Positions 11,301 to 20,341 of a stretch of 64,000 nucleotides of DNA are shown piece by piece (the stretch's first letter is position 1; every line of letters begins with the position of its first letter). The stretch comes from Sulfurimonas sp. GTDB lineage: Bacteria > Campylobacterota > Campylobacteria > Campylobacterales > Sulfurimonadaceae. The stretch lies in NCBI GenBank assembly GCA_021648405.1, contig JAKISX010000002.1, positions 3,925-67,924 on the forward strand, given 5' to 3'. The notes below the pieces were generated by a model. It had not been told where the DNA came from. It did no database searches and saw only the letters and a program-made list of their open reading frames with translations. A program made the translations under genes and the position numbers.

Positions 11301-11452
11301 CCTTAGCGATTCAAAGACAAAACAGTATAGCCTTACACATTAAAACTTTGGGCTTAGATTTAAAACAACTAGAATTAAAAGAGACAATTACTAAGTTAGA
11401 AAAATCTCAAGAGGGTGTTGATTTAGTGTTGATACTTGATGTTAAACACTAA
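8339..11452 (+). CDS. DUF748-family (AsmA-like) envelope protein with C-terminal OmpA-like segment
   Basis: N-terminal TM, YFNPYTF, beta-rich repeats, LPVGLAIALLKDSDGYIDIDMPVEGDVDNPDF. Confidence 0.8.
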   Translation: MKFFLKNKYTKILLSLILFYTIVGFLIFPFLLKSYLNDITTKHLNAGASVKSIYFNPYTFEMSIEDFVIYDTNDEILGEFALLDVNLNTIGLFKSKLLFTNIYLKNFNLNVEINKENIFNFDNITSHLNKKENKATSSNDEDTKSSTTIFIENFHLDDATFAFIDDRGAESFEVKSRPFDFMLKDFSTAEQEEGVFEFMVATYKTGQIKSSAKIRTVPFKVEGDFNIIDFNTNKLYGYFKQNLDFKVSGDNVNASLKYAVSYENSILDISLSQMILDLKKMNFSADDNALEFVKLDTAIDKVDIIIESNRVKINIDNINLDINKSIINNKQNKLLVDKSMLHVKNINIDENSSIKMSLQNLQFLDTKLKTQNKQLANIKEITLANFYADTLGAEFNLESLIIDKADIQTTLYKDMSTDFDRLVGDKTKDEDIKEEKPKEGTKTPLFSVEKFEIKNSSFSLVDKERKTTLKLKKINTQVKDAKFSKSSTIPFSFSYLTPTSGNMKGDGEIRLNPLVVKVNLKIDKMNLKPYNPYIQDYVNLNLNSGYLTSKTSIKVFGEKINFRGYARLLKVDLSHSINKETLFKAKSLNFNRIKATNNSLKMNSIVLDKTYMNFAIDKNATTNLSDIVIVKDDGVGEDKNTTNDFKFLISKIEFKDGSMDFLDESLPIDFQVHINSLNGNILTISSNPKESLEVKIDGVVNKYGQAHIKGDVITIDPKKSLNLVVDFKNIDVTKMSGYSGKFIGREIAKGKLWIALNYKIKDSQLLSTNSIKLKDLELGDSVDSKDETSLPVGLAIALLKDSDGYIDIDMPVEGDVDNPDFKYGGAVWGAVGNLLTSIISSPFNFLAKSLGIDDEELSIINFEYGSSQLLPIQNEKLDKLYELLKKRPELVLVINPVVSKEKDIFALKRQVFNKKILENISKKDDIEDKYEFVSDMYVEKFSKEKQKELLDNLTEQKYVKDAFDEERFNRESLALISIQELDTNALNTLAIQRQNSIALHIKTLGLDLKQLELKETITKLEKSQEGVDLVLILDVKH

Positions 11453-11454
11453 TG

Positions 11455-12510
11455 CTACATGTTATAAATTAAATACTCAACTGCCTCTAAAACTTCTTTG
11501 TTTGTCTTTTTATTTGCCACAGCATAAGCTAAAGCAGCTCCAGCTCCAACTCCCTCTTTAGCTTCACCCTCATCGTATTTTTTAAGTACAGCTATCTCTG
11601 TATTTTCAAATGAAAAATCAGTATATATAGCATGTGGAGTGTAGCTAAGGGATGATAAAATATTTTGTATATTTGAGTTTTCATCATTTTTTACCCATGC
11701 AGTTGTAGCTAATGTTATGTTTTTAGATTTAACTCTCATAAGTACATCTTCTTTTAGCTTATCAGCTACCAGTAAACACGCAGCCATCTGAGTTCCACCA
11801 GCTAAAACTACATGAAATCTTCTTGAGGCTTCAAGTAAAAATCCAGCACAAAAGATGAGCATATTATCACTAACAACTCCTAACTTATCAAAATTATTCA
11901 TATTGTTATTTACCAATGAAAGCGCTTTATCGACAGTGGAGTTTTTTATTTTGCTCGGCACATTTAAAAAGCTAGAGGAAAAATCATTTTTTAAGTCATA
12001 CCCAAGAGCTAGGACAGTTGCCATTGCAGTTGTTGTTCCACTAGGGGTAGATTCCCCTAGAATCAAATAGGAACCCTTTAGTTCATATGATTTTCCATAC
12101 TCCATACCTTTAAAAAACACCTCTTTTGCATCTATATTTGCATTTTTTGCTATAGAGTTTGAAGGTAAAATATCAAAATTATTAAGTTGTGTATGTTGTG
12201 GTTTTACTTCAAGCCCTAAATCTAAAATCTCAATAGTTGAAAAAGGTGCTATATCATGAACAGCTTTTGTGATTAGTGCTGGAGTTGGTACCCCTTTTGG
12301 AGTCTCTGCGAGTTGAGGCATAGAGTAAACCTTGCCAGTACTTATAAACTCAGCATCAAGAGTTGGTGTTAGAGGTATCTTGCCAGGGATTCCAGCTTGC
12401 GTTATTGCATCTATTTCACATGTTTTTGTAACACTAGCGCACAGTAAAAAATCAGCCTTTGCCTCTGGGAGCGAATCCAATTTATTTGTAAAAATATTAT
12501 ATGTTTTCAT
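11455..12510 (-). CDS. cobT: Nicotinate-nucleotide:lower-ligand base phosphoribosyltransferase (archaeal/cyanobacterial-type CobT)
   Basis: TPTLDAE, PTPALIT, GESTPSGTTTA, LAGGTQM, KEGVGAG; last gene of the cob cluster. Confidence 0.88.
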   Translation of the reverse strand: MKTYNIFTNKLDSLPEAKADFLLCASVTKTCEIDAITQAGIPGKIPLTPTLDAEFISTGKVYSMPQLAETPKGVPTPALITKAVHDIAPFSTIEILDLGLEVKPQHTQLNNFDILPSNSIAKNANIDAKEVFFKGMEYGKSYELKGSYLILGESTPSGTTTAMATVLALGYDLKNDFSSSFLNVPSKIKNSTVDKALSLVNNNMNNFDKLGVVSDNMLIFCAGFLLEASRRFHVVLAGGTQMAACLLVADKLKEDVLMRVKSKNITLATTAWVKNDENSNIQNILSSLSYTPHAIYTDFSFENTEIAVLKKYDEGEAKEGVGAGAALAYAVANKKTNKEVLEAVEYLIYNM

Positions 12511-13031
12511 ATTTTAATCTTAGTTATTGAGCCATATGGTATATCTATAGAAAATGCTTTTTCTATAGTGATATTTTGATAAAAACATAAAAGGGTTCTA
12601 ATAACACCAGCGTGTGTAATGATTAAAACATTTTCTTTTTGAAGCGTTGGTAAGTAGTCATAAAAAAATTCTTTTATTCTTGAGGTAAAATCATCAAATC
12701 TTTCCCCATCAAGAGAGTTTATAAACTGCCCGAAATTTTCGTACTTTATACCGAGTTCTTCAAATTTTTTGCCCTCATGTTCGCCTAATGATTTTTCTCT
12801 TAACTTTTCAGTATATACAGCATCTTTAGCATGTGAGAAATATTTTAATGTTTGTTTTGCTCTTTTTAAATCGGAACAAAATACAGCATCAAACTCATCA
12901 TTAGCATATGTATGTGCTAAAATTTTTGCTTCTTTTTTGCCTTTGTTTGAAAGCTCAATATCAATATGTCCATTAAAACATCCAATATATCTCTCCTCAA
13001 CCTCCGCGTGGCGGATAAGTGTTATTTTCAT
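12507..13031 (-). CDS. cobC: Histidine phosphatase, alpha-ribazole phosphatase-like
   Basis: LIRHAE, SDLKRA, ITHAGVIR; lies between cobS and cobT. Confidence 0.8.
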   Translation of the reverse strand: MKITLIRHAEVEERYIGCFNGHIDIELSNKGKKEAKILAHTYANDEFDAVFCSDLKRAKQTLKYFSHAKDAVYTEKLREKSLGEHEGKKFEELGIKYENFGQFINSLDGERFDDFTSRIKEFFYDYLPTLQKENVLIITHAGVIRTLLCFYQNITIEKAFSIDIPYGSITKIKI

Positions 13032-13756
13032 AAAAGTCCTATAATTATAATATTTAGTAAAATGAGTTCTGTTATCTCAATGCAAAATCCATAGATATCA
13101 CCAGAGAAGCCATTATATCTCTTAATAAAGAATAGTTTTAAAATAAAGAGCGTTAATAACGAGATTAGTATTAAAAATAGGTTTGAAAAGCAGATGCAAA
13201 TAATAAAAACATATAAAAAGGCTATAAATACTTGAGATAATTTTAACTCTTGTTTTGCTAAAGATGCAATACCACCACCAACATATGGGTAAAAATATAT
13301 AGCAATAACTGCGTTAAATCTTGAAAGCATAAGGATGATAGGAAGTAAATACATAACATCTAAATAAGATAAGTATGCTAAAGATGATGCTTTTAAAATT
13401 AAAAAAGTAACAGTAAAAATCATCCCCATTCCACCAGTATGTGGGTCTTTCATAACTTCAAAAGCTCTATCTTTGTGAACAAAAAAACCGTCTATAGTAT
13501 CGCTTAATCCATCAAGATGAAGAGCACCAGTTAGTAATATCCATAAGCCAAATATCAATATACCAAGATGAAAACTTGGCATGTGAGGATGGAGCAAAAG
13601 CCAAGTGCTATATAAAACTAAACCAATAAAAAAACCAATAAGTGGGTAAAACATAACGCCATAACCGTTAATTCCCTTGTAAAAATCATGCACTTTAAAA
13701 AAAGGGATTATTGTGAGCAATGACATGGCTAGTGCAAAACCTTTTAGTATTTTCAT
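13028..13756 (-). CDS. cobS: Cobalamin synthase
   Basis: LTGALHLDGLSDTIDG, MKDPHTG, GFSGDIYG; multi-TM. Confidence 0.93.
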   Translation of the reverse strand: MKILKGFALAMSLLTIIPFFKVHDFYKGINGYGVMFYPLIGFFIGLVLYSTWLLLHPHMPSFHLGILIFGLWILLTGALHLDGLSDTIDGFFVHKDRAFEVMKDPHTGGMGMIFTVTFLILKASSLAYLSYLDVMYLLPIILMLSRFNAVIAIYFYPYVGGGIASLAKQELKLSQVFIAFLYVFIICICFSNLFLILISLLTLFILKLFFIKRYNGFSGDIYGFCIEITELILLNIIIIGLL

Positions 13757-14253
13757 TTTATTTTTGTGCTTATTCCAGCGATTGTATGATAAACTTCATC
13801 ACACTCTGATGCTATAAGTTGAGAGAGTTTTCCACTAATATCTACAAATTCACGCGATAGTGGATTATTCGGGATTATGCCACTACCAACATCATTTAAA
13901 ATAAAGACTATAGTTTTGTCAAGCTTTATAATTTTGTTTAACTCATCTACCATATTTTCAAAACTATATTTATGATAAAGCATGTTATTAATCCACATAC
14001 TAACACACTCAATAATAACACAACTGTTAGCTGTTAGTATTTTTTCATATAGCTTTAAAGGCTCCTCTATAGTTATAAAATCATCTTTGCGATTTAGTTT
14101 ATGCTCATCTATTCTTTTTTTCATCTCTTTATCTATGAACTCTGTTGTAGCTAAATAGATAGGTTTTGTTGTAGAGTTTTTAAGTATATATTTTTGAGCG
14201 TTTAAAGATTTACCACTTTTAATTCCACCAATAAAAAGAGTCTTTTTACTCAT
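13753..14253 (-). CDS. cobU: Adenosylcobinamide kinase/guanylyltransferase
   Basis: GGIKSGKS, YLAT, TIEEP, NDVGSGIIP, IAGI. Confidence 0.92.
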   Translation of the reverse strand: MSKKTLFIGGIKSGKSLNAQKYILKNSTTKPIYLATTEFIDKEMKKRIDEHKLNRKDDFITIEEPLKLYEKILTANSCVIIECVSMWINNMLYHKYSFENMVDELNKIIKLDKTIVFILNDVGSGIIPNNPLSREFVDISGKLSQLIASECDEVYHTIAGISTKIK

Positions 14254-15640
14254 TTAAAGCCCTTAAAATGTAGTCCATATCTATATGTTTATCTATATGA
14301 GAAGCAAAATCTTTAATAGATCTCTTTTTGAATTTTTTAAAATTATAGCCTTTATATCTTTTATCTATTTTGTAAAAGAGTTTATATCTTAAATCATCAT
14401 TGTCAAAAAGTCCATGGACAAAAGTTCCATAAAGATTTTTTTTACTTTTGGTGCGTTTTTTTGCCCTTGCATTATGGATTTCATAACCATCTACCATGAT
14501 TCCAAAAAGATTATAACACCCTTTTTTTACCACCTTTTGTTTCTCAAAAATCACATCATTTTTAAAGCGTGCAAAACCTTTTGTTTTTTTAAAATCTGAT
14601 TCAATTTTAAAAGGATCTAAGATATTTTCAAACATCATCTCGTAACCACCACAAATAGCTACAATCATTTTTTCTTTTGATTTTAAATGACTCTCAAAAC
14701 CTTTTTTTCTTAGCCAATAGATATCATCAACAACCCTCTTGCTACCAGGCAATATAACCATTTGACATGATGATATTTCACTAGGGCTAGATATAAAGCA
14801 AAGCTCTATTTGTTTATCTGATACAAGTGGCTCAAAATCAGTAAAATTACTAATATGTGGTAGTTTTATAACCCCAACTTTGATTATGGCTTTAGTAATA
14901 TCTTGGGTGTAGTTCATAATAGATTCACTATCTTCAAAACCTAGATTAAATGGCTTAAATGGAACTACACCTAAAACTTTAAATCCAAATCTCTCCTCTA
15001 TAATATTTATCCCATCATCAAAAAGACTCATATCACCTTGAAATTTATTTACAATAACACCAATTACATTTTGACGAAGCTTTGGAGGAAGTAGGTGATA
15101 TACTCCATATATTGAAGCAAAAACTCCACCTCTTTGTATATCAGCAACTAAAATAATTTTAGTATTAAACTCACATGCTATATAGATATTTGAGAGATCT
15201 TTATCCATCAAGTTTAATTCAACTGGACTACCAGCACCCTCTGCAACTATGCAATCATAATTTTTTAGTAATTTTTTAAAAGCATTTTTTGCATGTGGTT
15301 TTAGGTTGTTTATATCGCGGTAGTAAGACCACACATCTTTATCACCAGCACTTTTACCATTTAAAATTATGTGGGCTTTTGATTTACCGCCAGATTTTAA
15401 AAGTATTGGATTCATGTTTGTTGTAGTTTTAAGGTTAATTGCCTCAGCTGCAAAATACTGAGGAATTGCAATCTCTCCACCATCATCACTAACTTGAGAA
15501 TTATTTGAAACATTTTGAGCTTTATATGGTGCTACTTTTATACCACGCTTGTGAAGCAGATAAGTTATACCAAAAGATAGAGTTGATTTTCCAGCGTCAG
15601 AGCTTGTTCCGAAAATGCTAAGAGAGTTTAGTTTTTTCAT
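14246..15640 (-). CDS. cobQ: Cobyric acid synthase
   Basis: GTSSDAGKS, KAQNVSNNS, EGAGSPVELN, ISNFTDF, ICGGYEM, GTFVHGLF. Confidence 0.95.
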   Translation of the reverse strand: MKKLNSLSIFGTSSDAGKSTLSFGITYLLHKRGIKVAPYKAQNVSNNSQVSDDGGEIAIPQYFAAEAINLKTTTNMNPILLKSGGKSKAHIILNGKSAGDKDVWSYYRDINNLKPHAKNAFKKLLKNYDCIVAEGAGSPVELNLMDKDLSNIYIACEFNTKIILVADIQRGGVFASIYGVYHLLPPKLRQNVIGVIVNKFQGDMSLFDDGINIIEERFGFKVLGVVPFKPFNLGFEDSESIMNYTQDITKAIIKVGVIKLPHISNFTDFEPLVSDKQIELCFISSPSEISSCQMVILPGSKRVVDDIYWLRKKGFESHLKSKEKMIVAICGGYEMMFENILDPFKIESDFKKTKGFARFKNDVIFEKQKVVKKGCYNLFGIMVDGYEIHNARAKKRTKSKKNLYGTFVHGLFDNDDLRYKLFYKIDKRYKGYNFKKFKKRSIKDFASHIDKHIDMDYILRALNE

Positions 15641-15666
15641 AGATATATTGTATCATTTTTATTTAT

Positions 15667-16062
15667 TCAAATTTGCATTTTTGCATAATTTTTTTCAATA
15701 TAAATTTTATGATGAGGCACATCACATTTTGAGCAGTCTTGATGGATGACATTTTTACTCATAATTTTTTTCCCATTATCTATAGAACATCTACTTAAAA
15801 TTTTAAATTCATTATAAGTGTCTAATCCATCATCATTAAAAAGAAAGTTTGGACATGCACAGAGGTAGCAGTTTAAATTTTCCATATCGTGACATTTTTT
15901 ATTTTTTTTATAAAGTGGGCAAAAGTCCATCTCTTTTTTTACCATGTTTTCAAACTCGAAATAATCTATGATTTGCTCTTTTTTATAGTTCTTTTGCAAG
16001 AGTTTATCAATTATAACTTTATGTTTTTTAGTAAAATTGTTAAACCAAGATTCGTAAAGCAT
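15667..16062 (-). CDS. Cysteine-rich small (zinc-finger-like) protein
   Basis: FCPLY..KCH..NCYLCACP..CS..DCSKCDVPH; inside the cob cluster. Confidence 0.7.
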   Translation of the reverse strand: MLYESWFNNFTKKHKVIIDKLLQKNYKKEQIIDYFEFENMVKKEMDFCPLYKKNKKCHDMENLNCYLCACPNFLFNDDGLDTYNEFKILSRCSIDNGKKIMSKNVIHQDCSKCDVPHHKIYIEKNYAKMQI

Positions 16063-16885
16063 TTTCTAAATCTCCTTTTGTTATATCTTTTTTGCCATAA
16101 CCAAAGCAGGGCTTTTTTTTAAGCTTACCAAAGTAGTAAGTATCTCCACCTAGTTTTACATCTATTGCGAGGGCCATTGCCGTTATGGGGTGTCCTGCAT
16201 TTGGGCTTTCATGTTTCTTTCCATGCGCATAAAAAGCAAAAACATTTTTTTTAGATGATACCATCATGATAAAGACAGCTGTTAATCTTGATGGTATAAA
16301 GTTTGCTACATCATCAAGTATAGCTGCTACTTTCCCATACCTTTCATAACGAGTATTTCTATATCCAACCATAGAATCCATAGTATTAATAGTCTTGTAT
16401 ATAATTATACCAGGAAGTCCAAATAAGATAAGATAAAAAATTGGGGCTATAACTCCGTCACTTAAATTTTCCGCATAAGTTTCTATAGCTGCTTTATAAA
16501 TATCTGATTCACTCATATTTTGTGTATCGCGACTTACCAACATAGAGATTGCAGTTTTTTTATCATCAACGTATAAAATATTTTTTACACTATCATAAAG
16601 CATTTTATGAGCTATAAATATTGATGCAAAAAGTGAAGTTATAATAATGTTTAAAAACAAAGGCAAAAAGTTTAAAAAAGTTGAAATTACGATAGATAAA
16701 AAAGTAACAATACCTAAAACAAACAAAACTAAAAGGAAACCTTGTAAAACAGAATTTTTGTAAAATTTATTTTCAAAAAAATTTATCAATCCACCAATGA
16801 TAATTACAGGATGTTTTATAAATTTAAATTCTCCAAATATTCTATCTATAATATATGCAAATACAGCTACTAAAATATTAGTCAT
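16040..16885 (-). CDS. cbiB: Adenosylcobinamide-phosphate synthase
   Basis: HPVIIIG, LVSRDT, AENLSDGVIAP, NTMDSMVGY, SPNAGHP. Confidence 0.93.
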   Translation of the reverse strand: MTNILVAVFAYIIDRIFGEFKFIKHPVIIIGGLINFFENKFYKNSVLQGFLLVLFVLGIVTFLSIVISTFLNFLPLFLNIIITSLFASIFIAHKMLYDSVKNILYVDDKKTAISMLVSRDTQNMSESDIYKAAIETYAENLSDGVIAPIFYLILFGLPGIIIYKTINTMDSMVGYRNTRYERYGKVAAILDDVANFIPSRLTAVFIMMVSSKKNVFAFYAHGKKHESPNAGHPITAMALAIDVKLGGDTYYFGKLKKKPCFGYGKKDITKGDLENALRILV

Positions 16886-17867
16886 TTAATATCTTTTTTA
16901 ATGCTTTTAAAGAGGTAGAATCTTTAACCGAAAAACGAAAATAATCATCACTTAAATAATCAAAACTACCACATTTACGGACTAAGATTTTTTTCTTTAG
17001 CAATTTAGAAAAAAGTTTTTTAGAGTTTTTTACTTTTGTTAGAAAAAAATTAGAGTCACTTTTATATACTTTGGTAATATATCTTGAATTATTAAGTATA
17101 TCGTAGAGCTCTTTTTTTCTTTTTTTGTGAAGAGATTTAGTTTTTTTAGAAAAAGTTTTATCTTTGAGTCTTAAGGTTAAAAACTTAACATCAAAAGAAG
17201 AGAGGTTCCATATGGGCGGAGTGAGTTTTTTGATGTTTTTTTTGTTTGAAAAAATAGCTCCAATTCTTACCCCTGCACATGAGTTAAATTTTGAAAAAGA
17301 TTGGATAATGTAGAGCTTATTATAAGTATTTATATTATCTCTAAAGGATTCTAAATCCTCAAACTCTAAAAAAGATTCATCCAAAACAATTGTGCAGTTT
17401 TGTTTAATCCATAATTTAAATAATTTATCAAGGTTATAAAATTTAGCATCTGGAGTAGATGGGTTTACAAAAACTACTGTTGAGTTGTACTCTACATCAG
17501 TATAAGGTTTTTTAATCCTATCTATCTTTACAAGTTTTGTATCTTTGTTTTGAGCTTTTTCATACTCTGAGTATAGTGGCGAATACAGATAAACCTTTTT
17601 AGGTTCTAAAAATTTGAAAAGTTCATGTATAGCTGAAGTAGCACCATTGTAAAGAGAGATTTGTTTAGTTTTTATTTGGTAATTTTTTGAGATGATTTTT
17701 TTTAAATTTTTATAGGAGCTTTGAGCATATTTAACTATTGTTTTATTTTTAAGCTTTATCTCTATTTTTGGCTGGTGCAGGTTTATGTTGGATGAAAAAT
17801 CTATAATTTGCGAGCTTTTGCATTTTAATTTTTTAGCGTATTTGTAGATATTTGCACCGTGTTTCAT
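16878..17867 (-). CDS. cobD: PLP-dependent L-threonine-O-3-phosphate decarboxylase-like aminotransferase
   Basis: MKHGANI, DFSSNIN, NPSTP, LDESF, SFSKFNSCAGVRIG. ATG 17867 overlaps the upstream kinase stop (ATGA). Confidence 0.82.
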   Translation of the reverse strand: MKHGANIYKYAKKLKCKSSQIIDFSSNINLHQPKIEIKLKNKTIVKYAQSSYKNLKKIISKNYQIKTKQISLYNGATSAIHELFKFLEPKKVYLYSPLYSEYEKAQNKDTKLVKIDRIKKPYTDVEYNSTVVFVNPSTPDAKFYNLDKLFKLWIKQNCTIVLDESFLEFEDLESFRDNINTYNKLYIIQSFSKFNSCAGVRIGAIFSNKKNIKKLTPPIWNLSSFDVKFLTLRLKDKTFSKKTKSLHKKRKKELYDILNNSRYITKVYKSDSNFFLTKVKNSKKLFSKLLKKKILVRKCGSFDYLSDDYFRFSVKDSTSLKALKKILND

Positions 17868-18658
17868 AGTAGCTCTTTTGCTTTTTTTGTGCAATTATAA
17901 TGATCTATTCTCAAAAGAGCATAAAATTTAGATGCTATACTTATGTGAAACATAAGCCTATCTAAACTTATTTTTTTTGGCGCTTTTTGGTTGTAGGTAT
18001 TTAGAGATAGAGTTATAAAATACTTATTTTCTTTTTTAACACCATAACCTATAAGTGCTACAGCTAAATCAAAAATAAAACTACCACATCCTGAGTCTAT
18101 GAAGTCAAAGACACCTATTTTTTGTGCATCAAAAACAGTATTGTCTTTAAAAATATCTCCATGAATAATCCCATCAGTCTTAGGAGTATAGCTCTTTAGG
18201 GATGAGAGTTTTTTATAATAGCTAAAATAATCTATTTTTATTTTATTTAAAAGTTTTGTTACTTTATAATTTTGATAAAAAAGATGGCAAGATTTTTTTT
18301 TGTAGGTTAGTTTATGCATCTTTGCTAAAAACCTCGAAAGAGCTTGTATGTGGTAAGTACTTATAACTTTTGGAGTTTGTCCACTAAGTTTTTCATATAT
18401 ATACCAAACACCATTTTTATCAAGACACCTGGGGACATTTAGTGAGTGAGAGCTTAAAAAATTAAGTAAATTTATATCTTCTTTTATTTTTTCGCTTATA
18501 TCTCTTTCATATTTTTTGAGTATATAGTCTTTGTCTTTTGTAGATGCAATAAAAGTAGTGTCAACCATGCCAGTAGGCGTAGGAGTAAGTGAAACAAATC
18601 TATAGTTATTAAAAAGATGGTTTAGCTTATTAAGTGTTATATTTGTTTTAACCCCCAT
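17864..18658 (-). CDS. APH/type II homoserine kinase-like phosphotransferase
   Basis: MGVKT N-terminus, IIHGDIFKDN catalytic loop, VFDFIDS, FDLAV. Confidence 0.8.
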   Translation of the reverse strand: MGVKTNITLNKLNHLFNNYRFVSLTPTPTGMVDTTFIASTKDKDYILKKYERDISEKIKEDINLLNFLSSHSLNVPRCLDKNGVWYIYEKLSGQTPKVISTYHIQALSRFLAKMHKLTYKKKSCHLFYQNYKVTKLLNKIKIDYFSYYKKLSSLKSYTPKTDGIIHGDIFKDNTVFDAQKIGVFDFIDSGCGSFIFDLAVALIGYGVKKENKYFITLSLNTYNQKAPKKISLDRLMFHISIASKFYALLRIDHYNCTKKAKELL

Positions 18659-19623
18659 TATTTAGAACTTTTAGATATTATGAGGTATATAAAAAATGGA
18701 CCACCTATAAGTGCGGTAACAATACCGATGGGAAGTTCACTTTGCGTTTGAATAATTCTAGTGAGAGTATCACACATCACTAAAAATAAACCACCAAATA
18801 TAGCAGTTTTTCCTATCCTCTCTTTTACACTGCTTGGATAAAGTTTAGCAATGATATGAGGTACTACAAGACCGATAAAACCTATGGGACCACTTATGCT
18901 TACAAGTGTGCCAATAGCAAATGAAGATATGAGAAGTAGGATAAAAGTAACTCTCTTAGCATCTACCCCTCTTTGTTTAGCCCCCTCATCAGAGGTACTT
19001 AAAAGTTGGAGCTCAAATCTATAAAAATATACGCTAAGAAATAGCATAATCCCAATAATGCTAATTGTTAATGGTTGCGACCAACCTATAATACTAAGGC
19101 TTCCCATAGTAAAACGAAGCAACATATCGTTTTGTATAGTGCTTCCTAGATAAAAAATTATCATTAACGCAGAGGTGTAAAAAAGAGAAAGGGCAATACC
19201 TAGAAGTAGCAAACTAGCATGATGAGAGTTTTTTAAAAATTGAGCAAGATATAAAAGTAAAAAAACTGTAAAAATTGCCCCTGCAAAACCAAATATACTA
19301 ATAGCACTAAGTCCAAAAAATAGAGTGATGATTTCTAACTTTATAGCTATACCTGCGCCTAAAACTGCACCACTAGAGATTCCAAGTGTATAAGGAGTCA
19401 TCAAAGAATTACGAAAAATACTTTGAAATAAAAGCCCACTAAGAGCTAAGATAAGTCCAGCAAAAAAAGCAAATAAAACACGAGGTAAGCGTAGTTCATA
19501 AAAAATATTTGAAGCAAGAGTGCTAGTGATAAATACTTCATTAAAATCAAGTGAAACTGCTCCAAAAAAAGGGGAACTTATAAAAATAATAATAAGAAAT
19601 ATCCAGATAAATAACTTAATCAT
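18658..19623 (-). CDS. btuC: Cobalamin ABC permease (FecCD/BtuC)
   Basis: LRLPR, FRNSLMTPYTLGISSGA, GPIGFIGLVVPH, ELPIGIVTALIGGPFF. Confidence 0.85.
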   Translation of the reverse strand: MIKLFIWIFLIIIFISSPFFGAVSLDFNEVFITSTLASNIFYELRLPRVLFAFFAGLILALSGLLFQSIFRNSLMTPYTLGISSGAVLGAGIAIKLEIITLFFGLSAISIFGFAGAIFTVFLLLYLAQFLKNSHHASLLLLGIALSLFYTSALMIIFYLGSTIQNDMLLRFTMGSLSIIGWSQPLTISIIGIMLFLSVYFYRFELQLLSTSDEGAKQRGVDAKRVTFILLLISSFAIGTLVSISGPIGFIGLVVPHIIAKLYPSSVKERIGKTAIFGGLFLVMCDTLTRIIQTQSELPIGIVTALIGGPFFIYLIISKSSK

Positions 19624-20341
19624 ACTTCACCGACAAAGAGTTAAAGCTAACGCCATAAAGTTTTTCTAAATTGCTAGGCTCAAAAAATTCTTTTCCAAAA
19701 AGTGTAGTAATAGAATCTTTTATAAATAATACTGAATTATCCATAAAAGAGGCTAGTTGTAAATCATGGGTGATGAGTATGATGGTATGAGATTTTTTTA
19801 ATTCTTTTATATGTAAGGCGATAATCTTAGAATTTTTTGGGTCAAGATTTGCAGTTGGTTCATCAAAAATGATGATTTTGCTTTGTGATGTAAGGGCTGA
19901 TGCTATGAGAGTGAGTTGCTGTTCTCCTGAGCTTAAAGAGCCTACGGTATGATTTTTTAGATGCGATATACTAAGCGTATCTAAGGAGTTTTTTACTATC
20001 TCTTTATCTTGTAAAGTATAATCAAAAAAACTTTGCTTATACGCATATCGAGAGAGTAACACAAAATCTTGCACACTTATAAACTCATCATATATCTCTA
20101 GCTTAGTTGGGATATATGAGATAATTTTAGCTAAATTTTTCAGAGAAATATTTTTTGTATTTTCACTATCTATATAAATTTCTCCATTATATTTAGATAT
20201 GTTTGATATACATTTTGCTAGCGAGCTTTTACCACTTCCATTTGCCCCTAATATATTTAGATGTGATGGTATTTTTAAGTTAATATTTTCAAAAATTATT
20301 TTCTCATCATATATACAAGAGAGATTTTTTAGTTCAATCAT
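19616..20341 (-). CDS. btuD: Cobalamin ABC ATPase
   Basis: GANGSGKS, LSSGEQQ, FDEPTANLD, ITHD. Confidence 0.85.
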   Translation of the reverse strand: MIELKNLSCIYDEKIIFENINLKIPSHLNILGANGSGKSSLAKCISNISKYNGEIYIDSENTKNISLKNLAKIISYIPTKLEIYDEFISVQDFVLLSRYAYKQSFFDYTLQDKEIVKNSLDTLSISHLKNHTVGSLSSGEQQLTLIASALTSQSKIIIFDEPTANLDPKNSKIIALHIKELKKSHTIILITHDLQLASFMDNSVLFIKDSITTLFGKEFFEPSNLEKLYGVSFNSLSVKYD

